Origin: a virus
Lineage: Duplodnaviria; Heunggongvirae; Uroviricota; Caudoviricetes
Length of the DNA stretch: 23,907 bases
Reading direction: 5' to 3' (one strand)
Virus record (IMG/VR): IMGVR_UViG_2711768040_000013
This document shows positions 17,262 through 23,907 of this stretch, one piece after another; position 1 is the stretch's first letter, and each line of letters opens with the position of its first letter. Under the pieces are notes generated by a model. It did not search any database, was not told where the DNA came from, and saw only the letters and a list, made by a program, of their open reading frames with translations. Both the position numbers and the translations under genes were made by a program.

Positions 17262-17674
17262 TGATTGTGCTGGTTGTGTTGTTATCGCTGGCGGTGGCCG
17301 GTCTGTTTCTGGTGAAACACAAAAATGCCAGCCTGCGCGCCTCGCTGGACAGGGCGAACAACGTTGCCAGCGGGCAGCAGACGACCATCACCATGCTGAA
17401 AAATCAGCTTCATGTTGCGCTCACCAGGGCAGACAAAAACGAGCTGGCGCAGGTGGCACTGCGTCAGGAGCTGGAGAACGCCGCGAAGCGTGAAGCACAG
17501 CGCGAGAAAACCATCACGAGGTTACTGAATGAAAACGAGGATTTTCGCCGCTGGTATGGCGCTGACCTGCCTGATGCTGTGCGCCGGTTGCACCAGCGTC
17601 CGGCCTGCACTGACGCCAGTGATTGTCGCCAACGCCTGCCCGAAAGTGAGCCTTTGCCCGATGCCGGGCAGTGA
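17249..17674 (+). CDS. lysB: Spanin inner-membrane component LysB (Rz-like)
   Basis: 141 aa with N-terminal transmembrane segment and coiled-coil-like remainder; same length and position as P2 LysB. Confidence 0.8.
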   Translation: MSRLMIVLVVLLSLAVAGLFLVKHKNASLRASLDRANNVASGQQTTITMLKNQLHVALTRADKNELAQVALRQELENAAKREAQREKTITRLLNENEDFRRWYGADLPDAVRRLHQRPACTDASDCRQRLPESEPLPDAGQ

Positions 17675-17819
17675 CCCGCAGACGAACGGCGATTTAAGTG
17701 CCGATATCCGGCAGCTTGAGAACGCGCTGGCACGCTGTGCCAGCCAGGTAAAAATGATTAAACACTGTCAGGACGAAAACGATGCTCAAACCCGACAGCC
17801 TGCGCAGGGCACTGACTGA
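17529..17819 (+). CDS. lysC: Spanin outer-membrane lipoprotein LysC (Rz1-like), begins inside lysB in another frame
   Basis: 96 aa, signal peptide ending in LCAGC (lipoprotein Cys); starts within lysB and runs into the start of R, as P2 LysC does. Confidence 0.7.
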   Translation: MKTRIFAAGMALTCLMLCAGCTSVRPALTPVIVANACPKVSLCPMPGSDPQTNGDLSADIRQLENALARCASQVKMIKHCQDENDAQTRQPAQGTD

Positions 17820-18249
17820 TGCCGTCACGGTGCTGAAAACCAGCCCCGAGATGCTGCGGATATTCGTGGATAACGGGAGTATTGCCTCCACACTGGCGAC
17901 GTCGCTGTCATTCGAAAAGCGTTACACGCTCAATGTCATTGTGACCGACTTTACCGGTGATTTTGACCTGCTCATCGTGCCGGTGCTGGCGTGGCTGCGG
18001 GAAAATCAGCCCGACATCATGACCACCGACGAAGGCCAGAAAAAGGGCTTCACGTTTTATGCAGACATCAACAATGACAGCAGCTTTGATATCAGCATCA
18101 GCCTGATGCTGACCGAGCGCACGCTGGTCAGTGAGGTGGACGGCGCACTGCATGTGAAGAATATCCCGGAACCTCTGCCGCCGGAGCCGGTCACCCGCCC
18201 GATGGAGCTGTATATCAATGGCGAACTGGTGAGCAAGTGGGATGAATGA
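17782..18249 (+). CDS. R: Tail completion protein R
   Basis: 155 aa, resembles P2 R as recalled. Confidence 0.85.
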   Translation: MLKPDSLRRALTDAVTVLKTSPEMLRIFVDNGSIASTLATSLSFEKRYTLNVIVTDFTGDFDLLIVPVLAWLRENQPDIMTTDEGQKKGFTFYADINNDSSFDISISLMLTERTLVSEVDGALHVKNIPEPLPPEPVTRPMELYINGELVSKWDE

Positions 18250-18694
18250 GTTTAAGCGTTTTGAAGACCGGCTGACCGGACTGATTGAATCGCTGTCACC
18301 ATCAGGGCGTCGGCGACTGAGCACCGAACTGGCGAAACGTCTGCGGCAGAGCCAGCAGCGTCGGGTGATGGCACAGAAAGCCCCGGACGGCACACCCTAC
18401 GCGCCACGCCAGCAGCAGAGCGCCAGAAAAAAGACCGGTCGCGTTAAGCGAAAAATGTTTGCGAAACTTATCACCAGTCGTTTTTTGCATATCCGCGCCA
18501 GCCCGGAACAGGCGGCAATGGAATTTTACGGCGGGAAATCACCGAAAATCGCCAGTGTGCATCAGTTTGGTCTGTCGGAAGAAACCCGGAAAGACGGTAA
18601 GAAAATTGATTATCCGGCGCGCCCTCTGCTCGGCTTCACCGGTGAGGATGTGCAGATGATTGAAGAGATTATTCTGGCGCACCTCGACCGTTAG
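18242..18694 (+). CDS. S: Tail completion protein S
   Basis: 150 aa, same length and position as P2 S. Confidence 0.85.
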   Translation: MNEFKRFEDRLTGLIESLSPSGRRRLSTELAKRLRQSQQRRVMAQKAPDGTPYAPRQQQSARKKTGRVKRKMFAKLITSRFLHIRASPEQAAMEFYGGKSPKIASVHQFGLSEETRKDGKKIDYPARPLLGFTGEDVQMIEEIILAHLDR

Positions 18695-18760
18695 TTGTGC
18701 CATTCCCGACACCTCATCGTCACATTGCCGCCGGTATGACCCGGCGGCATCCTTCCCGTT

Positions 18761-19396
18761 ATGAACACTCTCGCAAATATTCAGGAACTCGCGCGCGCAC
18801 TGCGCAACATGATACGCACCGGCATTATCGTCGAAACCGACCTTAACGCCGGTCGCTGCCGTGTGCAGACCGGCGGCATGTGCACCGACTGGCTTCAGTG
18901 GCTGACCCATCGCGCCGGACGTTCGCGCACGTGGTGGGCACCTTCCGAGGGGGAACAGGTGCTGATTCTGGCCGTGGGCGGTGAACTCGACACAGCGTTC
19001 GTTCTGCCGGGGATTTATTCCGGTGATAACCCCGCGCCGTCTGCGTCGGCGGATGCCCTGCATATCCGTTTCCCTGACGGGGCGGTGATTGAGTATGAAC
19101 CCGAAACCAGTGCACTCACGGTAAGCGGAATTAAAACGGCCAGCGTGACGGCTTCTGATTCTGTTACTGCCACGGTGCCGGTGGTCACGGTGAAAGCATC
19201 AACCCGCGTTACCCTGGACACACCGGAGGTGGTCTGCACCAACAGGCTGATTACCGGCACGCTGGAAGTGCAGAAGGGCGGGACGATGCGCGGCAACATT
19301 GAACACACCGGCGGTGAACTCTCATCAAACGGGAAGGTACTGCATACCCATAAACACCCCGGCGACAGCGGCGGCACAACCGGGGGACCTCTATGA
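18761..19396 (+). CDS. V: Baseplate spike/assembly protein V
   Basis: 211 aa, same length and position as P2 V. Confidence 0.85.
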   Translation: MNTLANIQELARALRNMIRTGIIVETDLNAGRCRVQTGGMCTDWLQWLTHRAGRSRTWWAPSEGEQVLILAVGGELDTAFVLPGIYSGDNPAPSASADALHIRFPDGAVIEYEPETSALTVSGIKTASVTASDSVTATVPVVTVKASTRVTLDTPEVVCTNRLITGTLEVQKGGTMRGNIEHTGGELSSNGKVLHTHKHPGDSGGTTGGPL

Positions 19397-19740
19397 CTGC
19401 GCGTTATCTCGGAATGAATCGCAGTGATGGCCTGACTGTCACTGACCTTGAGCATATCAGCCAGAGTATCGGCGATATCCTGCGCACACCGGTCGGCTCG
19501 CGGGTAATGCGTCGTGATTACGGCTCGTTGCTGGCGTCAATGATTGACCAGCCGCAGACTCCGGCGCTTGAGTTGCAGATTAAGGTCGCCTGTTACATGG
19601 CAGTGCTGAAATGGGAACCCCGCGTCACCCTGTCATCCGTCACCACTGAGCGCAGTTTTGACGGGCGAATGACGGTCACGTTAACCGGTCAGCACAACGA
19701 CACCGGCCAGCCACTTTCGTTAACCATTCCTGTGAGTTGA
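19393..19740 (+). CDS. W: Baseplate protein W (gp25-like)
   Basis: 115 aa, same length and position as P2 W. Confidence 0.85.
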   Translation: MTARYLGMNRSDGLTVTDLEHISQSIGDILRTPVGSRVMRRDYGSLLASMIDQPQTPALELQIKVACYMAVLKWEPRVTLSSVTTERSFDGRMTVTLTGQHNDTGQPLSLTIPVS

Positions 19741-19744
19741 AACC

Positions 19745-20653
19745 ATGCCGATTATCGACCTGAACCAGCTACCCGCACCGGATGTGGTCGAGGAGCTGGA
19801 CTTTGAAACCATTCTCGCCGAACGCAAGGCGACACTGATTTCCCTTTACCCGGAAGACCAGCAGGAGGCGGTCGCCCGTACCCTGACGCTGGAATCTGAG
19901 CCTCTCGTCAAACTGCTGGAGGAAAATGCTTATCGTGAGCTTATCTGGCGTCAGCGTGTGAATGAGGCCGCACGGGCGGTGATGCTGGCCTGTGCCGCCG
20001 GTAATGACCTTGATGTGATTGGTGCCAATTACAACACCACGCGCCTGATTATCACCCCGGCAGATGATTCGACCCTCCCGCCGACACCGGCAGTGATGGA
20101 GTCTGACACCGATTATCGTCTGCGTATTCAGCAGGCGTTTGAGGGCTTAAGCGTCGCCGGGTCGGTGGGAGCCTATCAGTATCATGGTCGCAGTGCCGAC
20201 GGGCGTGTCGCGGATATCTCTGTCACCAGTCCGTCTCCGGCCTGCGTCACCATCTCTGTGCTGTCACGTGAAAATAACGGTGTGGCATCCGAAGACCTGC
20301 TGGCGGTGGTGCGCAACGCCCTTAATGGTGAGGACGTCAGGCCGGTGGCCGACCGCGTGACCGTGCAGTCTGCCGCCATCGTTGAATACCAGATAAACGC
20401 CACGCTTTACCTTTACCCTGGTCCCGAAAGCGAACCCATCCGCGCCGCCGCCGTGAAAAAACTGGAAGCGTACATCACGGCACAGCACCGGCTGGGGCGC
20501 GACATCCGTCTGTCTGCCATTTATGCCGCTTTGCATGTGGAAGGCGTGCAGCGTGTCGAACTGGCTGCACCACTGGCCGACATCGTGCTCAACAGTACGC
20601 AGGCGTCTTTCTGTACCGAATACCGCGTCGTGACCGGAGGCTCGGATGAGTGA
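19745..20653 (+). CDS. J: Baseplate protein J
   Basis: 302 aa, same length and position as P2 J. Confidence 0.85.
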   Translation: MPIIDLNQLPAPDVVEELDFETILAERKATLISLYPEDQQEAVARTLTLESEPLVKLLEENAYRELIWRQRVNEAARAVMLACAAGNDLDVIGANYNTTRLIITPADDSTLPPTPAVMESDTDYRLRIQQAFEGLSVAGSVGAYQYHGRSADGRVADISVTSPSPACVTISVLSRENNGVASEDLLAVVRNALNGEDVRPVADRVTVQSAAIVEYQINATLYLYPGPESEPIRAAAVKKLEAYITAQHRLGRDIRLSAIYAALHVEGVQRVELAAPLADIVLNSTQASFCTEYRVVTGGSDE

Positions 20654-21257
20654 TTCGCGCCTGCTGCCGACCGGCTCATCACTGCTTGAAGTCGCTGCCG
20701 CAAAAGCCTGTGCGGAAATTGAAAAAACACCGGTCAGTATTCGTGAGCTGTGGAACCCGGACACCTGTCCGGCAAATCTGTTGCCGTGGCTGGCGTGGGC
20801 GTTTTCGGTTGACCGCTGGGATGATAAGTGGCCGGAAGTGACAAAACGCGCTGTTATCCGCGATGCGTATTTCATTCACTGCCATAAGGGCACTATTGGT
20901 GCGATTCGCCGTGTGGTGGAGCCGCTCGGCTATCTGATTGAGGTGAGGGAGTGGTGGCAGCTCAACGAGGAGCCGGGGACGTTCCGCATCGTTGTTGGCG
21001 TGCTTGAGCAGGGTATTACCGAGGAAATGTATCAGGAGCTGGAGCGTCTCGTTGCTGATGCAAAACCTGCAAGCCGCCATCTGACGGGACTGGCTATCAG
21101 TTTAAGTACAACCGGCAACATTTTTGCCGGTGCGGGATGCTATCACGGTGACGCCCTGACGGTTTATCCCTACACCCCGGAGGCCATTATTGTCGGAGGG
21201 GATTATTTCCCGGCCTCGGCCATTCATTTAATTGATAACCTGAGAGTAAACGCATGA
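20646..21257 (+). CDS. I: Baseplate/tail-fibre attachment protein I
   Basis: 203 aa; N-terminal two-thirds resemble P2 I as recalled, C-terminal part differs and is longer than my recollection of P2 I. Confidence 0.8.
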   Translation: MSDSRLLPTGSSLLEVAAAKACAEIEKTPVSIRELWNPDTCPANLLPWLAWAFSVDRWDDKWPEVTKRAVIRDAYFIHCHKGTIGAIRRVVEPLGYLIEVREWWQLNEEPGTFRIVVGVLEQGITEEMYQELERLVADAKPASRHLTGLAISLSTTGNIFAGAGCYHGDALTVYPYTPEAIIVGGDYFPASAIHLIDNLRVNA

Positions 21258-22390
21258 CAGTGAAATACTACGCCATTCTGACTAATCAGGGCGCAGCACG
21301 GCTGGCTAACGCGACGATGCTCGGCAGTAAGCTGAATCTGACGCAAATGGCCGTTGGTGATGCGAATGGTGTCTTGCCGACACCAGACCCGGCACAGACA
21401 AAACTGATTAACCAGAAACGCATTGCGCCGCTGAATCTTCTGAGTGTTGACCCGAACAACCAGAGCCAGATTATTGCGGAGCAAATCATCCCTGAGAACG
21501 AGGGCGGATTCTGGATCCGTGAGATTGGGCTTTATGATGATGAAGGCGTACTCATTGCGGTGGCGAACTGCCCGGAAACGTACAAACCGCAGTTGCAGGA
21601 AGGCAGTGGTCGTACCCAGACTATCCGCATGATTCTGGTTGTCACGAATACCGAAGCTATCACGCTGAAAATCGACCCGTCGGTGGTACTGGCGACCCGT
21701 AAATACGTGGATGATGAAGTCCTGGAATTAAGGCTGTATGTGGATGACCAGATGAGAAACCACATTGCCGCACAGGATCCTCATACCCAGTATGCGCAGA
21801 AACATAATCCGACATTTACCGGAGAACCAAAAGCGCCGACGCCTGCCGCAGGAAATAACACCACGCGGATTGCGACCACTGCGTTTGTTCAGGCTGCTAT
21901 TACCGCTATGATTAACGGTGCGCCTGCCACGCTGGATACACTGAAAGAAATTGCCGCAGCCATTAACAATGACCCGAAATTCAGCACCACCATTAACAAT
22001 GCGCTGTCAGGTAAGCAGCCACTGGATGAGACGCTGACTCATTTGAGTGGAAAGGATGTTGCCGGTCTTCTCGCATACCTTGGTTTGGGAGAAGCGGCAA
22101 AACGGGATGTGGGGACAGGGGAAAATCAGATACCGGACATGGCTTCTTTTGCCAGTGGTGATGGATGGATGAAATTACCCAACGGGAAAATCCTGCAATA
22201 TGGTCGTGGTGCGGTTACGCCGACATTATCGACGCAAACAATGAGAATTACATTCAGCATCCCTTTCCCCAAAAAAGCGGACTGCGCCATGCTTACTCAT
22301 TCTGGTGATGGCGGTGCGCCTTTAGGCGCTGGGCGAGGGTTCGTGATGACTGCAGAAGGCCCAACGTTAACCGGCTTTGTTGGTGAGTAA
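21254..22390 (+). CDS. H: Tail fibre protein H (conserved N-terminal part plus currently expressed variable C-terminus)
   Basis: 378 aa; N-terminus resembles P2 H as recalled up to about ...LAYLGLGE, then diverges and is much shorter than P2 H. Confidence 0.85.
   Translation: MTVKYYAILTNQGAARLANATMLGSKLNLTQMAVGDANGVLPTPDPAQTKLINQKRIAPLNLLSVDPNNQSQIIAEQIIPENEGGFWIREIGLYDDEGVLIAVANCPETYKPQLQEGSGRTQTIRMILVVTNTEAITLKIDPSVVLATRKYVDDEVLELRLYVDDQMRNHIAAQDPHTQYAQKHNPTFTGEPKAPTPAAGNNTTRIATTAFVQAAITAMINGAPATLDTLKEIAAAINNDPKFSTTINNALSGKQPLDETLTHLSGKDVAGLLAYLGLGEAAKRDVGTGENQIPDMASFASGDGWMKLPNGKILQYGRGAVTPTLSTQTMRITFSIPFPKKADCAMLTHSGDGGAPLGAGRGFVMTAEGPTLTGFVGE
22068..22093. repeat. Candidate 26-bp serine-invertase crossover site inside H: TTCTCGCATACC-TT-GGTTTGGGAGAA
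   Basis: Near-palindromic half-sites around a central TT; centre ACCTTGGTTT resembles hix/gix/cix-type sites as recalled; the right half-site is repeated inverted at the window end. Confidence 0.55.
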
Positions 22391-22410
22391 TTTTATTCAG
22401 GGTGATTTAT

Positions 22411-22854
22411 ATGAACGAATATGTTTATAGCGCAAGGCATAATGCTTTTTTCCCTGTGGATATGATTGATAAATATAAATCAGAGGGATGGGATTTATCA
22501 GACGCTAAGGAAGTAAATCAAAATATTATCAGTGAGTTTATGGCTGAACCGCCACAAGGAAAAATCCGTATTGCCGGAGATGATGGGCTGCCTGCGTGGG
22601 CAGATATTCCTCCACCCACGCATGAAGAGCTTATTGAAATTACTGAATCAGAAAGACAGCTACTAATTAACCAGGCCAACGAATACATGAACAGTAAGCA
22701 ATGGCCCGGTAAAGCCGCTATTGGTCGTCTGAAAGGTGAGGAACTGGCGCAATATAATTTGTGGCTGGATTATCTGGATGCACTGGAGCTGGTTGATACC
22801 TCCAGTGCGCCAGATATTGAATGGCCTACGCCTCCGGCAGTTCAGGCCAGATGA
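22411..22854 (+). CDS. Tail fibre assembly chaperone (Tfa/gpG/U-like)
   Basis: About 147 aa from ATG 22411 (track starts at an upstream GTG 22402); C-terminal motif ...LWLDYLDALELVDTSSAPDIEWP is shared with the oppositely oriented tfa copy. Confidence 0.8.
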   Translation: MNEYVYSARHNAFFPVDMIDKYKSEGWDLSDAKEVNQNIISEFMAEPPQGKIRIAGDDGLPAWADIPPPTHEELIEITESERQLLINQANEYMNSKQWPGKAAIGRLKGEELAQYNLWLDYLDALELVDTSSAPDIEWPTPPAVQAR

Positions 22855-23428
22855 CATCCGGCGCGGTGCTGGTATCTGTTGCCGTCACCGCGTCAATGTA
22901 ATCCAGCACAGCGTTAAGTCTGGTTGTTTCTGCCTGCGTCAGTTTACGTCCGGCCTGCAATTTCAGTTGAATCAGACTGATGGAAGCCATTGCTGCATCA
23001 ATCAGTGACTGGCGCTGTGCTTCTGCCGATTCTACTGCGGCACCGTGTTGTGCCTCAGTATCTGTCACCCATTTTTCACCATCCCATTTATCGTATGGCG
23101 TTAACGGGGCGATAGTGGTTGTATTTTCGGGATAGTCGCCTAGTGCTGTTATTTCTTTGGCATCTCCCGTTTCGGTGTTATAGATGATTTCACCGCGATT
23201 GTCTGACACATATTCCCATGATTTTAAATCCACAGAACGGCAAATTGTATAACCAGCCTTAGATGTACCAGGAGCGTCTAAACAGGAATATGCTGGAATA
23301 CCGACACCCACTGCAAGATATTCAGTTGATGCAGAAATATATTCCCGCGTCTCACCATCATAGTTATAGACGGTAATATTCCCCGCCTTCGTGGCAATAA
23401 GCTCGCTATTTAATACGGCGTTATCCAT
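22826..23428 (-). CDS. Tail fibre assembly chaperone, alternative copy (U'-like) on the opposite strand
   Basis: 200 aa; C-terminal motif ...LNAVLDYIDAVTATDTSTAPDVIWP matches the plus-strand tfa; 3' ends of the two tfa genes overlap tail-to-tail by 29 bp. Confidence 0.8.
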   Translation of the reverse strand: MDNAVLNSELIATKAGNITVYNYDGETREYISASTEYLAVGVGIPAYSCLDAPGTSKAGYTICRSVDLKSWEYVSDNRGEIIYNTETGDAKEITALGDYPENTTTIAPLTPYDKWDGEKWVTDTEAQHGAAVESAEAQRQSLIDAAMASISLIQLKLQAGRKLTQAETTRLNAVLDYIDAVTATDTSTAPDVIWPELPEA

Positions 23429-23907
23429 TATGCAGCCCTCACGATAAAGTTAAATGCAATATTTCGTGGACGGGTTTCACTCCCGCCAGTATTACCGATA
23501 CTCCCTCGTGAATGAAGTGTCGGTGATGGGATCAGGCTCCCTCCTGTATTTGTGGCATCAAGTCCTCGCCCTTGTGTGTATGTTTTTTTGAAAATCGTAG
23601 CCAGTTCCCATTCATCTTTCGTGTCGTAACCATCATTGGCAACAACAATATGACGGTGTTTTTCCAGCATTCCTGCCTGAATACTCAATAAAACACGTCC
23701 TGCATCAATACCGCGCCCGTCATCCCAGCCACGAATAAATTCACCTCGTAAATCAGGCAATTTATTTGTCGGGTAAGCCTTTGCCAGTTCCGGGTATTCT
23801 TCAGCAGAAAAAGCCGCACCGTTGCATTTCAGCCAGCCTGTTGGAGGTGTCTCTGAAGGCCACGGAACAGGCGCACCAACAGGTAATGCAGAACCTTCTC
23901 CCAAACC
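23428..23907 (-). CDS. Alternative tail-fibre C-terminal receptor-binding segment (Sv'-like), 5' end outside window, no start of its own
   Basis: Open frame to the window edge; ends ...RNIAFNFIVRAA, like the Mu S / P1 S fibre C-terminus as recalled; its stop overlaps the tfa' start (TAATG); its first in-window codons (L-G-E) are encoded by the inverted repeat. Confidence 0.7.
   Translation of the reverse strand, partial: GLGEGSALPVGAPVPWPSETPPTGWLKCNGAAFSAEEYPELAKAYPTNKLPDLRGEFIRGWDDGRGIDAGRVLLSIQAGMLEKHRHIVVANDGYDTKDEWELATIFKKTYTQGRGLDATNTGGSLIPSPTLHSRGSIGNTGGSETRPRNIAFNFIVRAA
23895..23907. repeat. Partial right crossover site (reverse complement of GGTTTGGGAGAAG), truncated by the window end
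   Basis: Plus-strand 23895-23907 CTTCTCCCAAACC is the exact reverse complement of 22082-22094. Confidence 0.55.

Larger units (their letters stand above)
1..23907. mobile_element. P2-like prophage (partial: integrase through tail-fibre module; window ends inside it)
   Basis: Continuous P2 gene order and orientation (int-C-cox-B-A / cos / Q-P / O-N-M-L-X-Y-K-lysAB-R-S-V-W-J-I-H); many proteins match P2 proteins as I recall them, with the same lengths. Confidence 0.9.
22081..23907. mobile_element. Candidate invertible tail-fibre (host-range) segment, right end truncated by the window
   Basis: Between the inverted repeats: variable end of H and a tfa gene on the plus strand, a second tfa gene and an alternative fibre C-terminus on the minus strand; same organisation as the Mu G and P1 C segments. 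Confidence 0.6.

Noticed and set aside
1-23907. CRISPR arrays, tRNA or rRNA genes, IS elements
   Set aside because: No regularly spaced short direct repeats, no cloverleaf-compatible tRNA-like segments and no transposase-like ORFs were seen; the only repeats are the short operator-like and crossover repeats reported above.

Overview
The window is most of a P2-like (Peduovirus-type) temperate prophage, running from the integrase stop at position 1 to a tail-fibre inversion module cut by the window end. The backbone is syntenic with P2: int, C-type repressor, cox, B, four small early ORFs, replication initiator A, then cos, and the late genes Q P O N M L X Y K lysA lysB/lysC R S V W J I H. Protein identifications rest on my recollection of P2 proteins and on motifs read directly from the track; no searches were run. 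Two regions depart from canonical P2. (1) Between gene A and cos, where P2 carries tin/old, sits a roughly 3.2 kb visibly AT-rich cargo island. It encodes a standalone ImmA/IrrE-like zinc metallopeptidase, a two-transmembrane-segment protein, and a convergent 313-aa protein with a C-terminal RNxxxH (HEPN-like) motif. This is the best candidate for a previously undescribed anti-phage or abortive-infection system. (2) The tail-fibre gene H is followed by two tail-to-tail tail-fibre-assembly genes and an oppositely oriented alternative fibre C-terminus with no start of its own. A 13-bp inverted repeat (GGTTTGGGAGAAG) sits in H and at the last bases of the window, so this looks like a Gin/Cin/Hin-type invertible host-range segment; the invertase gene would lie just beyond the window. 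No tRNA, rRNA or CRISPR array was found.
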